A stretch of DNA of 32,000 bases from Clostridia bacterium. Lineage in GTDB: Bacteria; Bacillota; Clostridia; Oscillospirales; Acutalibacteraceae. Both the position numbers and the translations under genes were made by a program. This document shows, one piece after another, positions 7,570-16,202 of the stretch (positions are counted from its first letter, which is position 1; every line of letters begins with the position of its first letter). The stretch covers positions 16,028 through 48,027 of the forward strand of contig JAFSCE010000013.1 in NCBI GenBank assembly GCA_017436915.1. The letters run 5' to 3'. The notes below the pieces were generated by a model. That model had not been told where the DNA came from. It did no database searches and saw only the letters and a program-made list of their open reading frames with translations.

Positions 7570-9381
7570 TTAATTCTTGCTGATGGCCTTGAACTTGCAG
7601 TTGCCGAGGCAGACACCGCACTTAACACACTTATCGGTGTCGATGGTGTAGGACGGCAGCTTGTGACCGGGCGCAATGTAATCTGTCTTGGTGATCGCGC
7701 CGACCGGGCAGTTACGAGCGCAAAGGCCGCAACCGATACATTTATCCTGGTCGATGACGAAGGACAACAGATCCTTACAGACACCGGCGGGGCATTTCTT
7801 ATCCACAACGTGGGCGACGTATTCATCGCGGAAGAAACGGAGCGTGGACAGAACCGGGTTGGGAGCAGTCTGACCTAAGCCGCACAGCGAGTTCTCTTTG
7901 ATGTAATAGCACAGTTCTTCCAAATCATCGATATCCTGGAGAGTGCCTTTGCCGCTGGTGATCTTTTCCAGCTTTTCAAGCAGACGTTTGGTACCGATAC
8001 GGCAGGGCGTACACTTACCGCAGGATTCGTCAACCGTGAATTCCAAGAAGAATTTTGCCATATCCACCATACAGGTGTCTTCGTCCATGACGATCAAACC
8101 GCCGGAACCCATCATACAACCGATGGCGATCAAGTTGTCGTAGTCAACGGGCGTGTCGATCAGGGAAGCGGGGATACAACCGCCGGACGGGCCACCGGTC
8201 TGTGCCGCTTTGAAGGTCTTGCCGTTCGGGATACCGCCGCCGATCTCTTCAACGATCTCACGCAGGGTGGTACCCATCGGGATCTCGACCAGACCGGTGT
8301 GTTTGATCTTACCGCCAAGCGCGAACACTTTGGTACCCTTGGATTTTTCGGTACCCATCGAAGCAAACCACTCAGCACCCTTTAAGATGATCTGCGGAAT
8401 GTTAGCAAAGGTTTCCACGTTGTTTTCAACAGTGGGGCAGCCGTACAAGCCCTTGACAGCCGGATACGGAGGACGCGGACGGGGTTCGCCGCGGTTACCC
8501 TCGATAGAGGTCATCAAAGCGGTTTCCTCACCGCACACGAAAGCGCCGGCACCCAGACGGATCTCCATATCGAAGTCGAAGCCGGAACCAAAGATGTCTT
8601 TGCCGAGCAAACCTGCCTCACGAGCATCGTCGATAGCGATCTGCAGACGGCGAACGGCGATCGGATACTCCGCACGGACGTACACGTAACCCATCGTCGC
8701 ACCGATCGCGTAGCCGGCGATTGCCATGGCTTCGATCAAGCAGTGCGGGTCGCCTTCCAGAACCGAACGGTCCATGAACGCACCCGGGTCACCTTCGTCA
8801 GCGTTACAAACAACGTATTTCTGCGGTGCCTGGTTGGGAGCGGTCAACGCCCATTTACGACCGGTGGGGAAGCCACCGCCGCCGCGGCCACGCAAGCCGG
8901 AATCGGTGACGATCTGGATGACCTGCTCGGGCGTGTATTCGGTCACGCACTTGGCAAGCGCCTGATAACCGTCGTTAGCAATGTACTCATCAAGCGACTC
9001 GGGGTTGATAACACCGCAGTTGCGAAGAGCAACGCGAACTTGCTTTTTGTAGAAGTCGGTCTCGTCAAGCGCTTTGATAGCGCCGTCATCCGAAACGGTT
9101 TCATCATACAGCAAACGAGTGACGATACGACCTTTGAGCAGATGCTCGGAAACGATCTCGGGGACGTCTTCTACCTTTACACGAGAATAGAAGCAACCTT
9201 CCGGATACACGATCATGATCGGACCGAGTGCGCACAAGCCGAAACAACCGGTGCGAACCACTTTGATTTCTTCCGTTAAACCGTTTGCGGCAATCTCCTT
9301 TTCCAGGGTATCAATAATTTCCTGGCTGTGAGAGGAGGTACAACCGGTACCGCCGCAAACCAACACATGAGAACGATACAT
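7570..9381 (-). CDS. hydB: Hydrogenase flavoprotein subunit HydB (NuoF-like, NAD(P)H/FMN-binding, with Fe-S domains)
   Basis: N-terminal thioredoxin-like 2Fe-2S domain (VLVCGGTGCTS..GCFGLC), NuoF core (GRGGGGFPTGRKW, CGKCTPCR), and C-terminal 2x[4Fe-4S] (CIGCGLCARNCP, CVKCGVCLGNC). Confidence 0.92.
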   Translation of the reverse strand: MYRSHVLVCGGTGCTSSHSQEIIDTLEKEIAANGLTEEIKVVRTGCFGLCALGPIMIVYPEGCFYSRVKVEDVPEIVSEHLLKGRIVTRLLYDETVSDDGAIKALDETDFYKKQVRVALRNCGVINPESLDEYIANDGYQALAKCVTEYTPEQVIQIVTDSGLRGRGGGGFPTGRKWALTAPNQAPQKYVVCNADEGDPGAFMDRSVLEGDPHCLIEAMAIAGYAIGATMGYVYVRAEYPIAVRRLQIAIDDAREAGLLGKDIFGSGFDFDMEIRLGAGAFVCGEETALMTSIEGNRGEPRPRPPYPAVKGLYGCPTVENNVETFANIPQIILKGAEWFASMGTEKSKGTKVFALGGKIKHTGLVEIPMGTTLREIVEEIGGGIPNGKTFKAAQTGGPSGGCIPASLIDTPVDYDNLIAIGCMMGSGGLIVMDEDTCMVDMAKFFLEFTVDESCGKCTPCRIGTKRLLEKLEKITSGKGTLQDIDDLEELCYYIKENSLCGLGQTAPNPVLSTLRFFRDEYVAHVVDKKCPAGVCKDLLSFVIDQDKCIGCGLCARNCPVGAITKTDYIAPGHKLPSYTIDTDKCVKCGVCLGNCKFKAISKN

Positions 9382-9397
9382 TCTTTTCCCTCCTGCC

Positions 9398-9769
9398 TTA
9401 CTTCAACAGCTTGTCAATGGTGTACTCCGCAACCGGATTACCGTTGACGATGTGATCGGTTACCACACGAACCGCCTTTTCGGGGCTCATCTGACCGTAG
9501 GTGACTTTCTCTTTACCGGGGGCGATTACTTCCACGATCGGCTCAAACTGGCACATGCCGATGCAACCGGTCTGCACGACCGCAACGTTCTGCACGTTAC
9601 GCTTCGCAATTTCTTCTACGAACGCGTTGAGCACCGGCCGAGCGCCGGCGGCGATACCGCAGGTCGCCATACCGACAACCACACGGATGCCTTCGTGAGA
9701 GCCCTCGCGCATCGCGATCTTTTCGCGGGCTTTATCCCGAATAGCTTGCAATTCAGCAATGGATTTCAT
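9398..9769 (-). CDS. Thioredoxin-like [2Fe-2S] ferredoxin (HndB/HydD-like)
   Basis: 123 aa with Cys pairs in GMATCGIAAG and GCIGMCQFEP. It lies between the ATPase gene and hydB, as in known hyd/hnd operons. Confidence 0.8.
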   Translation of the reverse strand: MKSIAELQAIRDKAREKIAMREGSHEGIRVVVGMATCGIAAGARPVLNAFVEEIAKRNVQNVAVVQTGCIGMCQFEPIVEVIAPGKEKVTYGQMSPEKAVRVVTDHIVNGNPVAEYTIDKLLK

Positions 9770-9800
9770 AACAAAACCTCCTATTTACTACAATACTTTA

Positions 9801-10349
9801 TTACGCCTGACTGTTCAGCGGAAGCAAACCTTCCGCCATATTCGCATCGATCCACTCCATCACATCCGGTTCGGACAACGGCACGTCGTCGAGCACCTCA
9901 CGTAAAGCGCGGGTATCCAACTCAAACGAGCGATCATCCACCTTGTGGCAGTACACAAAATCAAGGTGAGGATTCAATCGGATCAGGGTGGACACGGTAC
10001 CTGCCATGTCTCCAAGAGGCATGCGGTCGATATGTGTCAGCCCGAACGTCGCCGTTACGACCGTTCCTTGACCAATCGTTGATTGAATGGTCAGTTCGCC
10101 ACCTGCCATCTCCGCCGCCATACGGAAAAGGGGGACACCCATACCGACTTTGCGGGTAGAGCGTGTGGTGTAGAACGGGTCACGTACCTGCGCCAGTTGT
10201 TCCGATGTCATACCGCGGCCGTTGTCCGCGATCACAAGAGTTAAACGGTCGCTTTCCGTATCCTCAATTACCGATAGTGTAATCAGTGTAGCCCCGGCGA
10301 CAATGGAGTTCTGAGCAATATCCAGAACATTCAGCGATAATTCACGCAT
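9801..10349 (-). CDS. Stand-alone GHKL (histidine-kinase-like) ATPase domain protein
   Basis: N-box-like NVLDIAQNS, G1-like VIADNGRGM, and G2-like region GMGVPLF...GGEL. There is no DHp/His-box, no TM segment and no receiver domain. The start lies 4 nt after the hydC stop. Confidence 0.75.
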   Translation of the reverse strand: MRELSLNVLDIAQNSIVAGATLITLSVIEDTESDRLTLVIADNGRGMTSEQLAQVRDPFYTTRSTRKVGMGVPLFRMAAEMAGGELTIQSTIGQGTVVTATFGLTHIDRMPLGDMAGTVSTLIRLNPHLDFVYCHKVDDRSFELDTRALREVLDDVPLSEPDVMEWIDANMAEGLLPLNSQA

Positions 10350-10352
10350 GAC

Positions 10353-10849
10353 TTATTTGCCGTATTTTTCCAAAATACCGGGCACGTCGTCGGCGGTCAG
10401 GTTACCGTACACATCGCTGTTAACAGTAAGAACCGGAGCCAAACCACAAGCGCCGATACAACGGCAAGCAGACAGCGAATATTTACCATCGGCTGTGCAT
10501 TCGTCGGCGTCGATACCAAGCATCTCTTTGAGCTTGTCGAACACATCGCCCGCGCCCTTAACGTAGCAGGCGGTACCGAGACACACCGAGATGTCATACT
10601 CACCCTTGGGGGACAGCGCGAATTGCGCATAGAAGGTCGCCACACCATACACCTTTTCCAGCGGCACGTTCATGCCCTCGGCGATCATGTCCTGGACCTC
10701 CACCGGCAGGTATCCGTAGATGCCTGTGCTTCCTGCATAACGCCCATCAGGCGGCTGGGATCGTGCTTATTCGCATCGATGACCTTTTGCAGAGCAGCAG
10801 CTTGTTCCGGAGTACCCTTGAAAGGAAGTTTGCTGATTTTCTTTTGCAT
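10353..10849 (-). pseudogene. hydC: NuoE-like hydrogenase subunit HydC, interrupted by a 1-nt frameshift (or an assembly error)
   Basis: The 5' piece runs from ATG 10849 to TGA 10685 and reads MQKKISKLPFKGTPEQAAALQKVIDANKHDPSRLMGVMQEAQA, then out-of-frame residues. The 3' piece (10353-10703; no stop back to about 10766) reads ..GIYGYLPVEVQDMIAEGMNVPLEKVYGVATFYAQF..CLGTACYVKG..CRCIGACGLAP. Together they form one typical NuoE/HydC sequence. Confidence 0.8.
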
Positions 10850-10888
10850 TTGCCTTTTCCTCCTTGACAGTTTTCATACCTGACCACT

Positions 10889-10917
10889 ATTATATATGAT
10901 AAATCAGAAATTTGCAA
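10889..10917 (-). promoter_or_regulatory. SigA-type promoter of the hyd operon
   Basis: On the - strand: TTGCAA (10917-10912), 17-nt spacer, TATAAT (10894-10889), about 40 nt upstream of ATG 10849. Confidence 0.6.
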
Positions 10918-10952
10918 TGGTTATCTGCGTGTTTGTTAGAAAAATGTCAAAC

Positions 10953-10968
10953 TTTTTTCGCGAAAAAA
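10953..10968. repeat. Perfect 16-bp palindrome TTTTTTCGCGAAAAAA in the divergent hyd/MFS intergenic region
   Basis: Read directly from the sequence. It lies between the hyd promoter and the MFS promoter. Confidence 0.9.
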
Positions 10969-10986
10969 CGAAAAAACACGAAGGGT

Positions 10987-11015
10987 TTGACATTATGGGT
11001 AAAAATTACTATAAT
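10987..11015 (+). promoter_or_regulatory. Consensus SigA promoter for the MFS transporter gene
   Basis: TTGACA (10987-10992), 17-nt spacer, TATAAT (11010-11015). RBS AGAGGAG precedes ATG 11042. Confidence 0.7.
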
Positions 11016-11041
11016 TTCACTGTTTGAAAGAGGAGTGACCC

Positions 11042-12223
11042 ATGAAAGATCAATATATTTTAACGCGTCGAGCATGTTATCTCGGCATCATGATACAGTC
11101 GCTTATATTAAATCTTGCACCGCTGTTTTTTGTAGTTTTACGTGAACAGTTTTCGATTTCCTTTGAGGAAATCGGGAGACTGGTACTCATCACTTTTTTG
11201 GTACAATTATGTGTGGATTTTTTGGCAGCGTATTTCGTAAGCGCCATACCTGCTCGCTTATGTATGATTCTGGCGGAATCGGCAGCGGCGGGCGGATTGA
11301 TTTTGTTTTCCGTTTTACCGAATATCATGTCAAATGCGTATGCGGGCATGATAATCGCTGCTACTGTATATTCAGTAGGCGCGGGGCTTTCGGAAGTAAT
11401 GATCAGTCCAATCGTCGATGCGATCCCCTCAAAAGACAAAACCTCCGCAATGACGTTGCTTCATGGGTTTTATCCGATCGGTCAGGTGTTGGTCGTCTTG
11501 TTGACAACGTTGGCGGTTGCGGCTTTCGGTGAACAATATTGGCCGTTTATTATGGCGGCTTGGGCGATCCTACCGCTTGTAAATTTGGTAATCGTCACCA
11601 AAATGACGTTTCCGCCGATGCTCAAAGGCACTGAAAAGACACCGATACACACGTTACTTAAAAGACCCTATTTTTGGTTAATGATTATTTTGATGGTGTG
11701 CGCAGGTGCAGCGGAAATTGCCATGTCGCAATGGGCTTCTTTGTTTGCGGAGGAAGCACTCGGTGTATCCAAGCTGGTCGGCGATTTGCTTGGCCCTTGC
11801 CTTTTTGCCGTGTTTATGGGGCTTGGCCGTCTGTTGCACGGTGTGAAAGGCAGCAAACTTCCGATGCTTCCCTTATTGTTGATTTGCAGTATAGCAACTG
11901 TGTTTTGCTATTTACTGACAGTTTTTGCGGCATTGCCCATCTTATCGTTGATCGGGTGTGCGCTGTGTGGGTTGGCGGTCAGCTTGATGTGGCCCGGCGT
12001 ATTGGGCGTGGCCTCCGTGCGTTTCCCGAAAGGTAGCACGTCTCTGTTTGCCTTATTGGCACTCGGTGGGGATATCGGGTGCTCCCTTGGCCCGTGGCTG
12101 ACGGGCTTGGTGGCGGATACCACATCGTATGGACTGAAAGGCGGATTGTTAACCGCCGCTCTCTTCCCAATGTTAATGGTGATACTTTTGATAGTTGCAC
12201 AAAAAAAGAAGGTTGAGAATTAA
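11042..12223 (+). CDS. MFS-family transporter (substrate unknown)
   Basis: 393 aa with about 12 hydrophobic helices in a 6+6 arrangement around a central loop (KGTEKTPIHTLLKRP). No substrate-specific motif recognised. Confidence 0.7.
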   Translation: MKDQYILTRRACYLGIMIQSLILNLAPLFFVVLREQFSISFEEIGRLVLITFLVQLCVDFLAAYFVSAIPARLCMILAESAAAGGLILFSVLPNIMSNAYAGMIIAATVYSVGAGLSEVMISPIVDAIPSKDKTSAMTLLHGFYPIGQVLVVLLTTLAVAAFGEQYWPFIMAAWAILPLVNLVIVTKMTFPPMLKGTEKTPIHTLLKRPYFWLMIILMVCAGAAEIAMSQWASLFAEEALGVSKLVGDLLGPCLFAVFMGLGRLLHGVKGSKLPMLPLLLICSIATVFCYLLTVFAALPILSLIGCALCGLAVSLMWPGVLGVASVRFPKGSTSLFALLALGGDIGCSLGPWLTGLVADTTSYGLKGGLLTAALFPMLMVILLIVAQKKKVEN

Positions 12224-12240
12224 TCTCAACCTTCTTTTTT
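12201..12240. terminator. Bidirectional terminator overlapping the 3' ends of the MFS and phosphoglucomutase genes
   Basis: 12-bp stem AGAAGGTTGAGA (12207-12218) / TCTCAACCTTCT (12224-12235), with an A-run on the 5' side and a T-run on the 3' side. Confidence 0.8.
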
Positions 12241-13948
12241 ACGCTTTTAATAGGTCCTCGGTAACGCTTCGCAATTGCGCGGCAACCGCATCTGCTGCAT
12301 CAAGTGTAGCACCGGTTGCAGTGACGTATCCTTTGATCTTCGGCTCGGTGCCGGAGGGGCGTACAATGATACTGGCATGGTCTTCCAGTTCAAACACCAA
12401 CACGTTGGCACGGGGGAGGGTGAGCGGCTCTACACCGGTTGCCGTTTTGCGCTCTGCGGTCAAATAATCGGCGATTGCCAGTACGTTGAGCCCTCCAAGC
12501 TTTTTCGGCGGTTTAGAGCGCAGTTTTTGCATAATGCTGTCCATAGCCGCCATGCCTTTTGCACCCTCAAATTGTACGTTGACGAGTAGGTGACGGTACG
12601 CACCGTGTTCGTGATACAACACTTGCAATACATCCAACAAACTAAGTCCGTTGGCTTTGTAATACGCCGCCATTTCGCAGATCAGCATGGATGCCACCAC
12701 GGCATCCTTGTCGCGGGCGTGTGTGCCGGCAAGGCAACCGTAACTTTCCTCAAATCCAAACTGGAATCGCTCAGGCGTTCCCGCTTGTTCCATCTCCACG
12801 ATCTGTTCACCGATATACTTAAACCCGGTTAACACGTTGCGCATTTCACAGCCAAAACTTTCTGCAATACGCGTTGCAAGGTCGGAAGTTACGATGGTCT
12901 TGATAACAACCGGGTTTTCCGGTAACGCGTTTTGCTCGGCACGGCAGGAGAGAATGTAGTTGAGCAGTAAGCAACCGGTCTCGTTACCTGTCAACAGAAC
13001 GTATTCCTCGTTTTGACGCACCGCAATGCCCACGCGATCGCAATCGGGATCTGTAGCGAGCAGTATATCCGGCTCGACCGTTTCGGCGAGCTTTAACGCC
13101 AGTTCAAACGGCTGCCGCAATTCGGGATTTGGGAACGGAGCGGTGGGGAAGTTACCGTCCGGCAATTCCTGCTCCGGAACGACCGTTACCTGCGATAACC
13201 CGATTCGCTCCAAGATCTTGCGTACCGGCTTATTTCCCGCGCCGTTAAGCGGGGTGTAGATCACTTTCAGATCGCTTTGTGTGCAAATGCCGGGGTTGAT
13301 CTGCTGTGAGGCGACACAGGCAAGAAAGGCGTCAACGACCTCGTCGCCAACCATCGCAATTCGCCCGTCTGCAACAGCCGCGTCAAAATCCGCTAAACGA
13401 ATATCCGTGAACAGATCCAATTTCTGTATACACTCGGTGACGGTATTCGCGTCCTCGTCAGTCATTTGATACCCCTCGGGACCGTAGCATTTGTACCCGT
13501 TATACTTGGCGGGGTTGTGACTTGCCGTGACCATAATTCCCGCCTGGCAAGCCAAATGCTTTACAGCGAAAGACAGCACCGGCACGGGGGCCAGTTCCGC
13601 AAACAGATGAACCGACACGCCGTTGCCCGCGAGCACGCGCGCCGCTTCTTTTGCGAACAGATCGGACTTGATACGCGAATCGTAGCAAATGACCACGCAC
13701 GGGGCAGGATAGCGCGAATTGAGATAATCGGCAAGACCTTGCGTTGCCTTGCGTACCGTATACACATTCATGCGGTTAGTTCCCGCACCGATCACACCGC
13801 GAAGTCCCGCCGTTCCAAACTCCAATTCACGGTAAAACCGATCGAAAATTTCGTCTTGGTTGTCAGCAATGCCGCGTAGTTCAGCGCCCAAATCGGGGTC
13901 ATCAACAGCATCGGTGAGCCAACGCTCATAACTCTCAGAAACGCTCAT
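12239..13948 (-). CDS. pgcA: Phospho-sugar mutase (alpha-phosphoglucomutase, PgcA-like)
   Basis: LEFGTAGLRG, phosphoserine loop TASHNPAKYNGYK, metal loop TDPDCDR, sugar loop GFEESYG. 569 aa, typical length for the family. Confidence 0.85.
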   Translation of the reverse strand: MSVSESYERWLTDAVDDPDLGAELRGIADNQDEIFDRFYRELEFGTAGLRGVIGAGTNRMNVYTVRKATQGLADYLNSRYPAPCVVICYDSRIKSDLFAKEAARVLAGNGVSVHLFAELAPVPVLSFAVKHLACQAGIMVTASHNPAKYNGYKCYGPEGYQMTDEDANTVTECIQKLDLFTDIRLADFDAAVADGRIAMVGDEVVDAFLACVASQQINPGICTQSDLKVIYTPLNGAGNKPVRKILERIGLSQVTVVPEQELPDGNFPTAPFPNPELRQPFELALKLAETVEPDILLATDPDCDRVGIAVRQNEEYVLLTGNETGCLLLNYILSCRAEQNALPENPVVIKTIVTSDLATRIAESFGCEMRNVLTGFKYIGEQIVEMEQAGTPERFQFGFEESYGCLAGTHARDKDAVVASMLICEMAAYYKANGLSLLDVLQVLYHEHGAYRHLLVNVQFEGAKGMAAMDSIMQKLRSKPPKKLGGLNVLAIADYLTAERKTATGVEPLTLPRANVLVFELEDHASIIVRPSGTEPKIKGYVTATGATLDAADAVAAQLRSVTEDLLKA

Positions 13949-13978
13949 AACAGCATCCTTTCTGTGCTTGATGTGTTA

Positions 13979-14007
13979 ATTATACCCTTTTTTAGTAAAA
14001 AAATCAA
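13979..14007 (-). promoter_or_regulatory. SigA-type promoter of the phosphoglucomutase gene
   Basis: On the - strand: TTGATT (14007-14002), 17-nt spacer, TATAAT (13984-13979). Confidence 0.55.
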
Positions 14008-14025
14008 GTCATGCCGTTCGACAGC

Positions 14026-14062
14026 AAACGCCGCCCACCGTGCGTGACGGTGAGCGGCGTTT
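14026..14062 (-). terminator. Long hairpin downstream of the ABC-module operon
   Basis: AAACGCCGC-C-CACCGT / ACGGTG-A-GCGGCGTTT with one C/A mismatch and a 5-nt loop. It starts 11 nt after the stop at 14073. The U-tract on the - strand is poor. Confidence 0.5.
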
Positions 14063-14072
14063 ATAAAACACG

Positions 14073-16199
14073 TTAATCTTCCGGTATGAATGCTTGTTCT
14101 TTATACAACGTCAGTAACCATTCCGGCAACTCATCGCCCGGATAATAGTAAACATATGACTCGTATTCGTGCCAGTAATCCTTACCATCCTCCGAATGTA
14201 CTTCGACGCAATCGTCAAGCGAGATGCAGTAAAACGGCTTGGTAACGTCGGGGACGGTGTTGGCGGTGAGAGAATTGGCAAAGCTTTGGATGTCGGAAAG
14301 ATACTGAGGGATATCCTCGTACAGTTGTACGTTGCTGTAGGGGGTGTCACCCGGGAAATTGTAGCAACCGATCCACAGACTGTCTTCCTTATCCAGTTGT
14401 GTTCCCTCGCGAAGCAACTGTAACAATTTGGTGCTTTCGGATGCCGCTTCCGTATCGGACGAGAGAAATGCCTGCGTTGTTTTCGGCAGCACTTCGATAT
14501 CCATCGGGACGACCATGTTATACCACGTCGTTCCCTCATAGAGACTACATTCCAGATACCCCAGTACGCTGCCTGCCGAGGGATTGACTTTGTAGAAATC
14601 ATCTTCGGAGAAATTGCTCATCAAAGCATACCATTTTTCAAAGCCGATCTCGGCGACTTCCGCACGCAACGTCTGATATAAGGTGTCACCTTTAACACTC
14701 TTGCTGTATCCGTTGTGACTTACGTATACTCGCGCGACGTTTTCCGGCAGATCCATGTACACCTTACGGAACGCTTCGGTATCGTATACCGCGCTGTACA
14801 TAGCCGCTTGATCTTCTTGACTCATCAGAATGTTGCGCAGATGGGTGGTGCCGCCGCTTTTGATCGCGACCGAAACCTGCGTGAGTTCACTTTGGTAAAA
14901 GCGTTCGCGCGAGGTTTCCAACAAGTCCAAAGAAAATTTAAGCTGTTTCGCAACGGTCTCTTTGGCGGTATCGTCGGTCAGCTCGATCTCGGAGATCTTG
15001 CTTTCAAAGTAATCAGCGTTGCCGTAAAAATGAGTGCTTGCCAAGACGCTAACCGATTGAATCTCGTCTGCTTTGGGGGAGTAGGATGCCGTGACGTGAT
15101 ACAACCCGTACATACCGCCCATATAGACACCGCCGAATACGACGAGCGCTACGATGCTGGTGGCGGCACACTTCATGATTCCCTTGAAACGGCGGGTGGT
15201 GATGACCTCGTATGCCAACATCAGCACAAGTGAGATGACGAGCAAGATCACGATAGTGCCGAGGAATTCGGCGTCGAGACTATCTTTGGATGCCAGTGTG
15301 TCAAATAACCCGTACATTGCAACAGAGGTGAGCACCGCACCGATCAGCAGCCGGTAGACGGCTTGCAGTGCGCGGTTGGGCGCGGATTGCCCCGCTGTTT
15401 CACTGCTGCGGCGCACGAACAGAAGCAACGCAATGCCGCTGTAGATCAAGCCGACGATCAGTGTGTAAATACCACTTGACAGGGAAGTGAGGGCAATCTC
15501 GTAATCGCCAAATATTACGCCGAACACAAATCCCACCGGCACGTTGTATTCGTAACTCAACACAGAGGCAAAAGGAAGATTGCTTACCAGCGGGAACGCA
15601 TCGCTGACTCCCATAACGGCAAGCAGGATCAGCAGTCGTGGCAGGAAGATCAGCAAGAGGGATACCAATACGTTGCTGAACACCGTACCGGTGACGGTCA
15701 TGGCGATGACCACGCTTGACGCGATCAGCAGTGAGCCGGCAAACGCATTAAAACAGGTTAAGAACACGCTGCTGTAATTGACGGTGTACAGATGCGGTAA
15801 GACGGCGTAGGCAAAGGTGATAAGGGCTGTCGTGAAGACGATGATAAATAACAGCCAGGTCACGATCGCCGTAAAGAAACTTAAAAATAAGCATTGCCGT
15901 GTTTCGGGAATGGCGTGATAAAAGTCGCTGGATTCCCGCTTGTTCAGAAAGGAGAACAGGTATAACGCCATCAGCGGTGCAATCGCACAGAATATCAGCA
16001 AAATGAGCGGGTTCATTTCAAAGTAATTCACGGTGTGGGCTGTATAATGCGTAGAGGGGAGATCCAACGTATTCAAATACCGCATAACCGGTGTGATAAG
16101 CCCGATCAGCGCAATAGCAACGGTGGACAGCACGCCGATGATTCGTAATTGTTTGATACCGTCGAGATACAGACGGGGACTGAAGATTCGTTTTTTCAT
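14073..16199 (-). CDS. Large polytopic membrane protein (putative permease partner of the adjacent ABC ATPase) with a C-terminal domain of about 340 aa and unknown fold
   Basis: 708 aa. About 10 hydrophobic helices lie in residues 1-370, followed by a hydrophilic Tyr/Trp/Asp/Glu-rich domain. RBS GGAGGTG precedes ATG 16199, which starts 3 nt after the ATPase stop. Confidence 0.75.
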   Translation of the reverse strand: MKKRIFSPRLYLDGIKQLRIIGVLSTVAIALIGLITPVMRYLNTLDLPSTHYTAHTVNYFEMNPLILLIFCAIAPLMALYLFSFLNKRESSDFYHAIPETRQCLFLSFFTAIVTWLLFIIVFTTALITFAYAVLPHLYTVNYSSVFLTCFNAFAGSLLIASSVVIAMTVTGTVFSNVLVSLLLIFLPRLLILLAVMGVSDAFPLVSNLPFASVLSYEYNVPVGFVFGVIFGDYEIALTSLSSGIYTLIVGLIYSGIALLLFVRRSSETAGQSAPNRALQAVYRLLIGAVLTSVAMYGLFDTLASKDSLDAEFLGTIVILLVISLVLMLAYEVITTRRFKGIMKCAATSIVALVVFGGVYMGGMYGLYHVTASYSPKADEIQSVSVLASTHFYGNADYFESKISEIELTDDTAKETVAKQLKFSLDLLETSRERFYQSELTQVSVAIKSGGTTHLRNILMSQEDQAAMYSAVYDTEAFRKVYMDLPENVARVYVSHNGYSKSVKGDTLYQTLRAEVAEIGFEKWYALMSNFSEDDFYKVNPSAGSVLGYLECSLYEGTTWYNMVVPMDIEVLPKTTQAFLSSDTEAASESTKLLQLLREGTQLDKEDSLWIGCYNFPGDTPYSNVQLYEDIPQYLSDIQSFANSLTANTVPDVTKPFYCISLDDCVEVHSEDGKDYWHEYESYVYYYPGDELPEWLLTLYKEQAFIPED

Positions 16200-16202
16200 G
16201 TC

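Noticed and set aside
5839-7878. 679-aa ORF on the + strand, antisense to all of hydA and the 3' end of hydB; the longest non-annotated ORF in the window.
   Set aside because: Its sequence is low-complexity and rich in Gly/Ala/Val/Asp/Arg, with no recognisable motif, no RBS and no promoter. It lies opposite genes with unmistakable hydrogenase motifs. Strongly biased codon usage (C/G-ending codons) in highly expressed genes depletes stop codons on the antisense frame. The same applies to 8153-8689, 8743-9279 and 9452-10159.
10945-10950. Alternative hyd promoter using TTGACA (- strand, 10950-10945).
   Set aside because: The best -10 at a 17-nt spacing is CAGATA, which is poor. The TTGCAA-17-TATAAT pair closer to the gene is much stronger.
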